Shown here: piece by piece, positions 1 to 12,340 of the stretch | Numbering within the stretch: the first letter of the stretch is position 1 | Layout: every line of letters begins with the position of its first letter | Source: Leucoraja erinacea | Taxonomy: Eukaryota | Assembly: GCF_028641065.1 (NCBI RefSeq) | Contig: NC_073391.1 | Location: forward strand, 20,584,001 to 20,648,000 | Length of the DNA stretch: 64,000 nt | Direction of reading: 5' to 3' | Made by a program: the position numbers and the translations under genes | Notes under the pieces: model-generated | What the model was told of the DNA's origin: nothing | The model's input: only the letters and a program-made list of their open reading frames with translations | Databases searched by the model: none

Positions 1-878
1 TAAGGCTGTTGATCACAGAGCTCCCCCTGTGAACCTTATGGAAGAAGAAACGTGAGCACGTCTCATCCTGCTCCACATGGCGGACCCTGGATCGGAAGAT
101 GATCTCGGAGGATTCAGAGGTAAAGAGCCGAGCTTGCCGGTCCTTCACCTCTCTTAAGTTCCTCCCTCACATCCACCCCCCTCGACTGCAGAAGGAGCAG
201 TTGTTGCAAATCTGTCTGGAGTTGGCACAATTCCCTCTGACTCTGTCTTGCTCTCTAAACCCCTTTAACTATGAAGAACCTCTTAATGTTTTCCTTGGGT
301 GCTTCCCACCAGAGTGTCAGGGAGTCAAAGAGGGGCCTCACCGTTCTCCAACGAGCGTAGTCCCTCTTTAGCTCCTCAACGTTCTCTGGGGTCAACAGCT
401 TCACTTTTAACTTCCACGTCCCTCTGCCTGCCTTCTGGTCCTCCTGTAGGTGACAGGAAGCCTGAAGGAGGCAGTGGTCAGAGAAGAACACCGGCGTGAG
501 GTCGGTGTGTCTCACCGTGACAGCCTTCGTCGTGAAGACGAAGTCTATCTGGGACCGGGCTGAACTGTCCGATCTCGACCAGGTGAACCGCGGCTGGGAC
601 CCACCTGCAGGGTCGCTGAAGGCATCGTGCAGCTTTGCGTCTTTTACCATTTCCATCAGGAACTTGGACGTGATGTCCAGTCTGTTGTCAGCACTGCCGG
701 ATCGTCCAGCCGCATCAATGATGCAGTTGAAGTCACCGGCCAGAACGAGCTGCCGGGACGTGGCCAACAGCACTGGGAGCTGCTGGAGAACGGCCAGCCG
801 CTCGCTCCACACGGGTGAGGCATACACATTAATCAGCCGGAGCGGAGAACCACGGTACATAACATCCACCACGAGGTA
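1..878 (-). mobile_element. Tx1-clade LINE ORF2 fragment (AP endonuclease and following region), degenerate
   Basis: ORF 255..965(-) has LINVYAS, LVLAGDFNC, FTW..S..IDFVF, FSDH and GRGTWKL..WWE. The frame continues with frameshifts toward position 1 (KIIFRSRV..EQDETCSRFFF). Confidence 0.85.
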
Positions 879-879
879 A

Positions 880-1660
880 CATCCTCGTAAATAAGATCCA
901 TTGTGATTGGACATCTGTGAGATGGCACTGTGACTCATGCAGCAGTTTGATTTTAGTTGGACCATGTGAAGGTTCCAATCTCACACCCCTGTCCCATTGT
1001 GATGTCATATATGTAAATGAGATCCATTGTGATTGGACATCTATGAGGTGGCACTGTGCCTCATGCGGCAATTTGATTTAATTTTTTTTTGATATTTTGT
1101 GAGCAATTTTATTCAAAATCTGGGGAAATAATTGACCAAATCTAGAGAGATGCATTTATGAAATCATGTTAAAACCCTACCGAAATTGTAAAAATCTCTG
1201 CATTTTTGCGTCTGGTTTTCGAGGAGATACGTTTTAAAGGCAAAACGACATACACCCGCACACACACCATGTTTCTGGAATGTGATCGATTGGAATGTTG
1301 CCGCTGCCATGATTTAAGCCATGAGCAAGACATGGCCAATTTGTATCGGGGCCCAAATAACATTTTTCGCATCAGCAGATTAAAATGAAGCCACACCAAA
1401 AAGCACGATAATATGTTAAATAAACGACATACCTTTTGTTTTGTCCTGCACTTGCGATCCATGATGTTGAAGGCGTTTTTAGTTGCGTTTAAGTTCAATC
1501 TAGCGACGCAATCGACCAGCGACTTTTATTTTAAAGCGGGGTCGGGCTCGCAGAATGGATTTTCTTCATCAGCCCCCCTCCTACAAAGCCTCCGGAATCG
1601 CAGGCACAGGCAGTGGCAGATCTGCAGCGCCGCTGATGGTAGGTTTTGTAACAACGCTAC
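880..1660. repeat. Interspersed repeat fragment with an internal ~65 bp direct repeat, probably DNA-transposon derived
   Basis: GTAAAT.AGATCCATTGTGATTGGACATCT.TGAG..GGCACTGTG.CTCATGC occurs at ~886 and ~1013. The segment separates the Tx1 and Tc1 remnants. Confidence 0.45.
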
Positions 1661-2159
1661 ACCAATGCTTTCTTTCTTCTTAATGATGTTCCAAACATTT
1701 GATTTAGGTAAGCCTAAGGTTTGGCTGATGTCCCTAACAGTTTTATTCTTGCTTCTCAGTCACATAATGGCTTCTTTGACTTTCATTAGCACAACTTTGG
1801 TCTTCATGTTGATAAACAGCAATAAAAGTTTCCAAAGGTGATAGAAGAAAGACTGGGTGCTGAGAGCTCTCTTATACCTGCATTAAGGAGGCAATTAAAC
1901 ACACCTGAGCAATTACAAACACCTGTGATGCCATGTGTCCCAAACATTATGGTGTCCTGAAATGGGGGGACTATGCATAAACACAGCTCTAATTTCTACA
2001 TGCAGAAACCAAAATGTATAAAAATATCCATTAATAAAATCTGACAACGTGCACTTTAACCACATGTGATTTTTTTTCTATTATAAATCTCAAACTGTGG
2101 AGTACAGAGGCAAATAAATAAATGACGGGTCTTTGTTCCAAACATTATGGAGGGCACTG
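1661..2159 (-). mobile_element. Tc1/mariner transposon 5' end (TIR plus transposase N-terminal HTH, pseudogenised)
   Basis: Ends ...GGAGGGCACTG|TA (2159/2160). CCAAACATTATGG occurs twice. Minus-strand translation from ATG 1807 is MKTKVVLMKVKEAIM*LRSKNKTVRDISQTLGLPKSNVWNIIKK. Confidence 0.85.
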
Positions 2160-2403
2160 TATGCTCTCAGTTGCACCAGGGAGAGTAGTTTAAAAAAAAT
2201 ATTCTGCAAGGCTTTTTACTAAAGTCTGTCTTTCTTTCTTCTTTGAATATTTAGAATATATAAACAACAATTGCTCATACAAACAGTGTTTATGCAGCTG
2301 CAATATTAGTCTTGTTCAAAATTGAGTATGGGAAATCTGCTTTGCAGCTGTTATGTGCTAGATTCTGGGATTTCCCAAGAAATGCTTACTCCTGTCGATT
2401 ATC

Positions 2404-3525
2404 ACTTATGTAAGAATGCTGTTCATCGATTACAGCTCAGCATTCAACACCATTATTCCATCAAAACTGATCACCAAACTCGGTAACCTGGGCATCGACC
2501 CCTCCCTCTGCAACTGGATACTGGACTTTCTAACCAACAGACCCCAGTCTGTGAGGTTAGACAAGCACACCTCTTCAACCCTCACCCTGAACACCGGCGT
2601 TCCTCAGGGCTGTGTGCTGAGCCCCCTCCTCTACTCCCTCTTCACCTATGACTGCACACCTGTACATGGTACTAACACCATCATCAAGTATGCAGATGAT
2701 ACAACGGTGATTGGCCTCATCAGCAACAACGATGAGCTGGCCTACAGGGAGGAGGTCCAGCACTTAGCAGCATGGTGCGCTGACAACAACCTGGCCCTTA
2801 ACTCCAAGAAGACCAAGGAGCTCATTGTAGACTTCAGGAAGTCCAGAGGCGGCACGCACACCCCCATCCACATTAACGGGACGGAGGTGGAACGCGTTTC
2901 TAGCTTCAGGTTCCTGGGAGTCAACATCTCCGATGACCTCTCTTGGACCCACAATACCTCTACTCTGATCAAGAAGGCTCATCAGCGTCTCTTCTTCCTG
3001 AGGAGACTGAAGAAGGTCCATCTGTCTCCTCAGATCCTGGTGAACTTCTACCGCTGCACCATCGAGAGCATCCTTACCAACTGCATCACAGTATGGTATG
3101 GTAACTGCTCTGTCTCCGACCGGAAGGCATTGCAGAGGGTGGTGAAAATTGCCCAACGCATCACCGGTTCCACGCTCCCCTCCATTGAGTCTGTCCAAAG
3201 CAAGCGCTGTCTGCGGAGGGCGCTCAGCATCGCCAAGGACTGCTCTCACCCCAACCATGGACTGTTTACCCTCCTACCATCCGGGAGGCGCTACAGGTCT
3301 CTCCGTTGCCGAACCAGCAGGTCGAGGAACAGCTTCTTTCCGGCGGCTGTCACTCTACTCAACAACGTACCTTGGTGACTGCCAATCACCCCCCCCCCCC
3401 CCACTTATTATTTTTTTATTCAAATCGTTTTCTATGTCGCTCTTCAAGGGAGATGCTAAATGCATTTCGTTGTCTCTGTACTGTACACTGACAATGACAA
3501 TTAAAATTGAATCTGAATCTGAATC
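2404..3525 (+). mobile_element. 5'-truncated Rex1/Babar-type LINE with 3' UTR and (GAATCT)n tail
   Basis: Contains the RT ORF 2416..3378. The 3' UTR ends ATTAAAATTGAATCTGAATCTGAATCT. Confidence 0.9.
2416..3378 (+). CDS. LINE reverse transcriptase C-terminal part (uninterrupted 320 aa, 5' truncated)
   Basis: Motifs [40 protein letters not shown] and [10 protein letters not shown]. Confidence 0.8.
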   Translation: MLFIDYSSAFNTIIPSKLITKLGNLGIDPSLCNWILDFLTNRPQSVRLDKHTSSTLTLNTGVPQGCVLSPLLYSLFTYDCTPVHGTNTIIKYADDTTVIGLISNNDELAYREEVQHLAAWCADNNLALNSKKTKELIVDFRKSRGGTHTPIHINGTEVERVSSFRFLGVNISDDLSWTHNTSTLIKKAHQRLFFLRRLKKVHLSPQILVNFYRCTIESILTNCITVWYGNCSVSDRKALQRVVKIAQRITGSTLPSIESVQSKRCLRRALSIAKDCSHPNHGLFTLLPSGRRYRSLRCRTSRSRNSFFPAAVTLLNNVPW

Positions 3526-6109
3526 TTATCAGAATGCCATACTATCTATTCAATGGTTGCTGCAAACCCCTCAGCATTCAGCAGTCCGATGCCCACACTC
3601 TACTATCCATCCCGTTGTTCACATGTACTTATTATCATGGTCCAAGGCTGCTGCATAGATTAAATGTAGACATTGATGCAAAAGCCTTTCAGAGTTAAGA
3701 CATGGATTTGGGAAATCGGGAATAACAATTAAATTTGTGATGCACCAAGTAACTGGAACAAACTTTTTGTAAACATGTCGAAGTTTGGATAGCTGATTGT
3801 CTGGAAAAGCAGCTCATCTATAACACACACACGCGCTGCACTGGCACCTTACATTAATATCAACCACTACCCACCTTGCATAGCCCCGTGAGGAATGACA
3901 TTTCATTCAAATGACAAATAAATTATTATTAGTGGAGGTGCTAATCCATTGGGAGGGAAGGGAAGGGAAGCAGCAATGAGACCACCAGGCCAAATGTCTC
4001 TTTTGTATTAAAATGCTAGTTCTGACCAAGAGGGACAGATTCACCATTCTCACCAATGAATCAGAAATATAGAGCTGCTGCCTCTCTAAGAAATCTTGGG
4101 AGCATGCACAATTACTTCAGTAATCACACTAGCTGCCACCAGCATGTAAACAACACTTTCTTGCAGCTGAAAGAGTTCTGTTGGGCCTTTGTGCATATAA
4201 ATTGTGGCTGAGGTGTTCTCAACTGCGAGGCTAAGTGCTGGCAGCTGAGAGAAATTTAGAGTACAGGTTTTCAGTAACACGAGCCGATGCATTACAAAAA
4301 TTGAACGCTGTTTAAAATAACAATATTATTAAAACAGCATTAGGGAGGGAAGCTGATGAATTATTAGGCCTAAATAATAAGTTGATTAACAGGATAGAGC
4401 AGGAATGAACTATTAATGAGCCATTAAAATATGCTCAAGGGTAGCTGAAATTGTCTTATGTTCAGCACCAATAAATCCTGATGCAATTCTTTTTGGGAAC
4501 TCCACTATGTTCTGTTATTTGGTTAAGATACAAATTGTTAATTGAGCTACAGCATGCTTAAGGTCCAAAAATCATTCTTTTCATAAGCTCTGGGTTTGCT
4601 TAATCAGAAAGTTGAGTTCAAAAAGCAGCCCGGAGGGATGAAACTGTATTGGATGGAATGTCTCCACTTGAAATTGGTTGGAATAGCCTCAATCCAGGAT
4701 TTAGCAAAATAAACTACACAATTCTATATTGAATGCCACTTAGACATTAGTGTGGGAAAGAGGGAAAATAAATATCCACACTGGCTTACATGGTCTCTTT
4801 TGAAAACGGGGTCAAGGCTTGTTCTTGGCAGAAGCAGAGACAGCTTTAGTTTTGTTTAATGTGATTTTGCTAGAGGGCGCTTGAATGGACAACAAAGGCC
4901 TGAAATGAAAAAGTTTTACATTTTAGAATTTATATCCTTCGATAACATAAATATGAGCTTTAGATATCTTCCAATGACAGTGTCTAGTTTTTCCATATAC
5001 AATCTGCTTATCTTACTTCTAGGAGTTCCGACCAACGCCACCCTAATGTGATAGGTGCATAATGAGATGCTCTAACCCAGGTGTGTTACCTTTTCAAAAA
5101 TATGTTACTTTCAAGCTTCTAAAGGATATATTTAAGACCAGTGCAAAGAAAAATATCTAGGCTGCTTTATTTGTGAACAGTTAGGTTCAGCTACACTTCA
5201 CACATTCAGAACAAAATATCCTTGCATAGATATACAAAATAAAATTGCATCCTTTGCTTTTCAAAATAGAGTATCATTTTTCTTAAAACTATTCACAGTT
5301 TTTTTAATCTTCAATAACTTCTTACACTTAAGAAGGGGTGCAGCCGCCTTAGTCCTGAAGTCGGACTGATCCCTCGCCGGGGTGTGCCCTGGGTTTAAAG
5401 ACCCATTGTCATGGTGCCCAGATGGGCCAGAACCTCGACTAGCTGCTAAGTTCCTGCAGACTTCTGCCGCTGGAAGTATAGGATTTTGGTGTCTGTGCAT
5501 TGTCATAATTCCTTAGAATGTAAAGCTTTCACTGCTTTTAAGAACTTTGCTATATTTACTTGTTTCTTAAAAAAAATACTTTGGGGATGAAATTCTTTTG
5601 GCATTTGGGCAGGGAAGACAATTACCCTTTAATTTCTTAAATTTCCATCAGTGTTGTTATGATTTTGCAACGAAAAATGTTACGGACTCTTGTTTACTTA
5701 TATATCACTTATTGTAATATCCAGTTATTTGTCACGTCACCCCATAGAGTAATTTCAGTGTCAGGATACAACTTTAAATATTATTTTTGGCTTAAAATTT
5801 CAAAAGTCTCAGGTATGCCTAGCATTGCTCATTGAGCAATATACTTATATGGAGCAAAACATATGGAGCATAATTGCCACCATTTCAACAAACCGTCCAG
5901 CATTTTTACCATTTAAATAAAAAGCCGTCAAGAACACCTGTGCATATGCTATCAAATATACAGATATGAAGGATGTAATCTATCAGTGCCACTGACCTCC
6001 ACTTGGAGTCCAGCAGCAAAGTTCAGCTTGCCATCTCAATGAGGAAATTGCCACTTGGAACTTGTGTCAGTTCAGACAGGTTGAAGAATTCCAGTGTGTC
6101 CTTTTCAAT

Positions 6110-7994
6110 TAGGCTGTGGGCCGAGGAGCTTTTTCGTTCAAGTTCATGACCCAACTCACGGAACTACCTGAATTTTTAACATATTGTGTAAAAATATCGT
6201 CACGACCAAAATTTGCATTTTTATTAAATATGAGAAAAACTATAAATTTTCCGAGTAGTAATTGTACAATTAATGCACGTTTGACAATGAGGTTGGATGC
6301 AAATTGACCACTCCCGCGCTTTGTTTTATGGTCGCTAGGTAGCGAGGACCCTGGGATCATGGCTGCTTCCTAATTACATCAAAACAATAAAAAGGTTTCC
6401 AAGGAATAAAGGTAATGCTAACATTGCTGATCATTTTGTCTTTCAATTGATTTATCTTTATAAAGTTATGATGTGAACTGTTACATAAAAATGATAAATA
6501 ACAAATGTAGAGCTAGGGTTAGGATTAGGGTTAGGGTCAGTGGGTTGATCGGTCGGGCTTATCGGTAGGCCGAAGGATGCTGTGGAGGATTGGTCAGGCT
6601 GTCGGGCCGCCGGTGAGTCGCGAGAGTGGCCGGGCCACTGATGGATGGTGAGAGTGGTCAGCCAGGCCGGGCCGCCGGTGGGTCCTGAGAGTGGCCGGGC
6701 AGGGCCGGCCTTAGGAGGTGCGGGGCTCAATTGAGAACAATTTTGGTGAGCCCCAGGTTCCCAACCAAGGTGTGTCAGCCCTGTTACTTAGTATACATTA
6801 TGAAATTGGACACCAAGGTGCTATGGATTATACACTGTCTTAATCTCTCCTGCTCTCGACTGACTGTCAGTACCTCCGTTGGCTTCCAACCTTTACCATA
6901 GCTGCTAATTACCATGAAACTATTATTCCACACGCTATTTAATAAAGGCTTACTAATATTCTGTATGGGCTCTGCGGTTGCAACCAGCTCCTTGCAATCA
7001 ATGTTTCAGTCTGTGGTCAGGGAGAATGTCGGCCCTGTACAGCTCCCTCCCGATGGGTGGGAATGAAGGACGGGAATCGGAAGGCCCTAAGGTTGATGAT
7101 GGGAGGGAGCGGGGAATGTGACCTACTGGCATTGCCGCCACGCTTTCGCCACACGACTGCTCCCGGCAGCATCTCAAGCTGCAGCCTTGTGAAGCTGATA
7201 TTGACCACTTTTTTTCGACACACTTGTTAGTTACGACACGTACCAATTGCAGCCGCCGGTGGACGGTGAGAGTGGTCAGACGGCCAGTGGGTGATGCGAG
7301 GGGTCGGTCGGCTGGTGGGTGATGCGAGGGGTCGGTCGGGCTGTCGGTAAACGGATGTTGCAGCGAGCGAGTGGGCAGACGGACTGGCGGAGCCTGCGCT
7401 ATGGTGATGCTGAAGGCAGACCGGGCGGTATGCAGGGCAGTGCTGCTCCCCAACATCATCACCACGGTGATCGAGAAGGGCATGCTGGCCGAAGTGGACG
7501 CGCTGCGGGGCCACACGTACGAAGCCTGTAGCCGGTCCCAAAGCAGCTCCAGCTCCAGCTGTGGGCAGCTCTGGAAGGGGGCATGTTAGGGTTAGGGTCA
7601 GGATTAGGCATTTTCCTGGCAGTGGAAGATGCCTTAGCCTTCCCCCACCCAGTCCCACTATGGCCGTGACCCCTACTCTGAACACTGGCAGTCAGTGGGG
7701 TTCAGTAAACAGGAACTGCCCTCACCTTTGAAATATATGATTTAAATAGACTGCAACACGGAAATAGGCTCCCCATGGTGTAATATGGGCATTGGACACT
7801 AGATGGCGCTTATTTTTTCGATCTCTTTTTAAAATTAGTTTAATTAATTAATGTGCAACTTTTGGCACTGACGAGTTATGACTTCGTTCTCAATTATATT
7901 ATACCTAAATCTGTGCAAAATTTCATGTAGTTCTGAGACATGGGTCACGAAAGTTGATTTCTAGACACATTTTTGATGCTCGGCCCACAGCCTA
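6110..7994. mobile_element. Non-autonomous Academ-like DNA transposon
   Basis: 16-bp TIRs TAGGCTGTGGGCCGAG / CTCGGCCCACAGCCTA give TAG..CTA termini. 3-bp TSD AAT at 6107-6109 and 7995-7997. Imperfect subterminal inverted repeats at ~6145-6180 and ~7913-7950. Confidence 0.75.
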
Positions 7995-9240
7995 AATGGG
8001 GATTGAAGAGCAACAGACTGGGATCAAAAGGGAAGTTTAAAAAGAAAAATGCTCTTTAGCTTAAACATATTTAATTACTTGCAAAGTGTTGTCTTTTAAA
8101 TAATCAAACTTAGCAAATGTAATTTTGAAAACTATTTTAGCTATAATAATTTTTTCACTGTCTCTGGATCTTGGAGACATTCAAAACAATCTAAAATCCC
8201 TCACATCTTTTATAGCTGCCGATGCTAGAATCATGCTGCCGAGAGCCTGGGATGCTTTAGCAGAGCAACATTAGCCCTCTGCGTCTTAAGTATAGGGAAA
8301 ACTGCAGGAGGCAATTTTGGCTGGAGTAACCTGGCCTACAACAAGATCTTGTCTATTGTAATGTCAACTTCACAGTAAAATAAATCTTTCATCATTTAGT
8401 CATTATAAAACAATTGTAAATAAAATGATGAACAATTTAAGTTTCAGAAAATTAATGATTGTTGAACTTTCAGCTATTAGAGTAAAAATAGAATTAATTA
8501 AAAAAATAGAATAGTCAGCCAAACTGCCCATCCTCACAAAACTACATTCTTTAGAGTATGACTGATTACTATATAAAAAAATATTTTTAAAATTCACCAT
8601 TATGGAGTAGTGAGAAACAATGAAGCAGTCATAAATGAGAGTACAAGAGCAAATATTACAAAGGGAATTTATTGTATTAGTTTATTTTTTAAAAAGCTTG
8701 CATCTAAGCACTTTCAACAATATACAGGGAGTCCCACAGCAGTTCAAAACCAATGTTAACTGTGGTGACTTTATTTTTTAGGCAACAACAGCACTTAATT
8801 TGGGAATAATGAATTACACATGGCAAACAATTGAGCTGAAATTATATCAATTATTAACTAAACAAAAATTTCAAGCTTCAAACATAGGAAAATATTTATT
8901 TTCAGTAAATGCACAGCAATTTAATTTATGCAAGACAAATGTATCGATGAATAATGCATTGATTAATATAACCATCTCTTGTGGGTAAAGGTTCATTACG
9001 GTGAAAACTTATCGTTAACATTTTCAGGCCAAGAGTATGGAATTAAAAACAAGTGAAAGATGTTCTTTCTTTTTAAAAGTACAGTTATTTCATACTCACC
9101 ATTGTAAAATATACTATTAAAATATTTTTTTTTACAGTTCAGTTATTTTTAGATACAATCTATCCCATTTCACCAGGGTGGTCTAGTAATTCAAGTCCTC
9201 TGATTCAAGGTGATTTGAAAGTCCGATATTGTACTTTTGT

Positions 9241-9411
9241 TCAGTATTCGTCAAGAGCATCAGTGCGAGGGACAGATAATCCTCGCTCTTTTAATGCTTC
9301 ACTTTTTACCTTTTCCGCCTCTTGCTTTTCATGCTGCTGAACTCTTTGAGCTTCCAGAATCTCCTCAATTGACACTCGCTGTAAAGGAGTATCAGTCTCC
9401 CTCTCCAGATC
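9241..9411 (-). CDS. LSM1: LSM1 coding exon 4 (DLERETDTPLQRVSIEEILE...DALDEY*)
   Basis: Acceptor ttgcag|GAT, phase 0, 171 nt, TGA at 9241-9243. Matches the vertebrate LSM1 C-terminus. Confidence 0.96.
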   Translation of the reverse strand, partial: DLERETDTPLQRVSIEEILEAQRVQQHEKQEAEKVKSEALKERGLSVPRTDALDEY

Positions 9412-9616
9412 CTGCAAGGGTAATATTAGTCATTAATCCAACTCAAGCACAACGGCAAATTTAAACATCGTAAAGTTATTACTTTGTAAAGTGGATTAAA
9501 GATATCCAACCCCTGGAATGAATCCACAAAGTCTTCCTCATATTGTTCATGTTGTGCAATAATCAATTCCATTTTAAAATAAAAATGTATGGATGTGAGC
9601 GATTAGTTAAACTTAC

Positions 9617-9732
9617 TATTTCACCCAGAAGCACCACATTTTCACCTCGGACAACAAAAATCCCTCTTGGAATATCACCATATTTCCTTGCAACATGGAT
9701 TCGTTCCACTGTCCGATGAAGAACTAAATTAG
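9617..9732 (-). CDS. LSM1: LSM1 coding exon 3 (ANLVLHRTVERIHVARKYGDIPRGIFVVRGENVVLLGEI)
   Basis: Sm2 motif. Splice sites ttgcag|CT and ATA|gtaagt, 116 nt. Confidence 0.97.
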
Positions 9733-10914
9733 CTGCAATATAAAGAGGGATGTGGAGGGGAATTAGCACAATTGTCTAACAAAACACACTTGACCCAAAA
9801 CGTCACCCATTCCGTCTTTCCAGAGGTGCTGCCTGCCCTGCTGAGTTACTCCAGCTTTTTGTGTCTATCTTCCATTCATAAAGGATATACTGTATTAATT
9901 AAAGAAGAAAATAATACTGCAGTTCTCAATAAAATTTGTATTTTACAATTGTTCTACAGTTTCCGAGCTGGATTATTCTTGTCTTAGCTATGTTATATTT
10001 AAAAATTACATTATAAATAAACAGACCCGAGGATTTACGTACTAATCTAGATCAATTACAATTAAAATGTCACAATGATTACTTCGAATGATCTGTATCA
10101 AAAGGCTATTTCATAGACCTTTTTGGTATGATACTTTGTATTATAGTGTTCTGAAGTATACCGACATTGAAGAGATTTATTTTCTCATGCTTTAGAACTA
10201 TTTTAACACTCAAAAATTAAATTATTTAATTAGGCAGCTCAATTGTAAGAACAAGTGAAATGCTTTTGAGATCTGAATTTCCTGCACAGTAGCAAAATCT
10301 TAACGTGGAACTTTTTAATCAAACGCCACATTTCACAGCAAGGATCTGGTTTACAACTGCCTGAATAAACAATAACTAAATTACACAATATTTGATGAAA
10401 GGTCATCAACCCGAAGTATTATCTCTTCCTTTTGCAGATGTTACCCGACTTGTTGCATTTTTTAAATTATTTTAGTACTCGCCGTTTAAAGTAGCATTTT
10501 GCTGTGAACAAGTCATGCCACAAATAGAAAAAGCTTCAATTATTTGCCTGTTTCTATCTCCAGCACTGGTACAATGCTCAAAAACAAAAAATAGCAAGGT
10601 TCAATAAGATAAAAAGTTTAAAAATCCCAATGTTCCCCCCAACAATTAAGATATCAACATTTTTTTACAGTTGATAGCTCTGATACAGAATAATTGTTGT
10701 ATCACAACTGCAGAATAACCAATCTGCTACCTTATTAACAATTTAATTATGAACAAGGAATAGCTTTCTCAGTTACATTAGCTAATAAGTGAACGATTCT
10801 GAAGTCTTGCAGAGCATGTTCAAAAGTGTAGAACGAGGACAATGTTGTCAAATGAAATCAATGCTCATCAGAAGGTGACTTGTCCTCTCTTTTTAAAACC
10901 TGTTCAATAAACTG

Positions 10915-11215
10915 GCACCATAGAGTTGCTCAGGGATGGGCTCAACCTCTGGTGCGGTCGGTGTCCGATTTGTACATTCACTCTGTGACCGTGTGAATTT
11001 CCATCAGGTGCTCTGGTTTCTTCCCTCCAGTTGGGAGATTAATTGGCCATGTAAATTGCCTTTGGCAAATGTGAGATTCAGGGGGAAATTGATGAGAATG
11101 TGGCGAGGATAAAAGAACTGAGATTAATATAGGATTAGTGTAAATGGGTCGTTTTTTGTCGGTGCAGACTCAGTGGGCTGAAGTGTTTGCTTCTGTGCAG
11201 TATCATTCTCTGATT
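10915..11215 (+). mobile_element. Old tRNA-derived SINE (V-SINE/HE1-like)
   Basis: Core GTGACCGTGTGAATTTCCATCAGGTGCTCTGGTTTC and a CR1-like 3' end GGGCTGAAG..TGCTTCTGTGC. Similar to the copy at 14913-15226. Confidence 0.55.
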
Positions 11216-11887
11216 AAAAACTTGCTTGACCATATTTTATAAAAATGCTCCATTTGTTGTCAGCAGTATTTCTCCACAGATTGATGAATTTGTCTGCTGC
11301 GAAACAAGGTGACTTGAGTTATACTAATCAGATATGGGCAGAAGTGAGCAGGAGATGGAGATAATCGATGTCTAAGGGAATAGGTGTGAAATGTAGCCGA
11401 AGAGTGGTCCTAAATGTTTCTTACAAATTTAATAAGAACATCAAGTTCTCCTCAACTTCTACAAGAATCATTAATGAGACAATACATGGGGTTAACTACA
11501 ACTTTTTGAGTGAAGTTATGAATCAAGTTCAACTTCGTGATTAACTACTCTACCATTCAGAGCCTCTTACTTGGTTAATGAACTGCAGAGTTCATAATGA
11601 CAGATTTATATCTGCATTTGAGAGAACAAACAAGCTGAACAATTCTGACCCGAAACTTCACCTATCCATGTTCTCCAGAGATGCTGCCTGGTCCGTTGAG
11701 TTACTCCAGCGCTTTTACTACCAAATATGATTAATATTCTGAACAGTTAAACAATTCTAATAAAAGGGAAACTACCCAAAACGTTCACACTATTCTTTCT
11801 CTCTCCCCAATGAAGCTGCCTGATCTGCTGATTTTTGTGTTTATTAAGAGTTAAACATTTGCCTTTTGTCGCTGTCACAATACTCAC

Positions 11888-11956
11888 CAAATTGATCTAC
11901 ACTCCTCAAATATCCTATTAATGTTCTTCCATCTCGGAGCACTACTAAATGCTTTT
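11888..11956 (-). CDS. LSM1: LSM1 coding exon 2 (KKHLVVLRDGRTLIGYLRSVDQF)
   Basis: Sm1 motif. Splice sites ttgcag|AA and TTTG|gtgagt, 69 nt. Confidence 0.97.
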
Positions 11957-12340
11957 CTGCAAGAAGGAAAATAAATATTTTAGATGGTACAGACACCTCT
12001 GAAGGTGCAATTTTTGAAAACATACGAACTAATATTAATTTATCACTATAATTCCTAGTGATATCAAATTTAACAAGAGAATGCAAAATAAATAGAAGCA
12101 AAAGGATAAAACTCCAGCTCAAATGTGATGTCATGTGTGTGTTTTTGCTGCTATCAAATTCTAAAATCCGTGAATAAATTCATGTTAAACAAATGCAAAA
12201 CACCATGAAATTGCAACATCCAAAGGTCAGTACACGGTATATAAAGGAATTTTAGGCTTTTAACGTAATAGGTTATGTTAGCTCAGAATCTCAGCTCATG
12301 TTAAACTTTACTGATCGTATCCTGCTTGACACCAACAATT

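Noticed and set aside
5261-5506. Identification as a STAR or GRK5 exon by synteny
   Set aside because: No MLxATFKLC or MELENIVAN motif was found and any similarity is too vague, so it is left unnamed.
6514-7608. Interstitial telomere / chromosome fusion site
   Set aside because: Only 2-4 degenerate TTAGGG units, in the same orientation and inside a TIR element.
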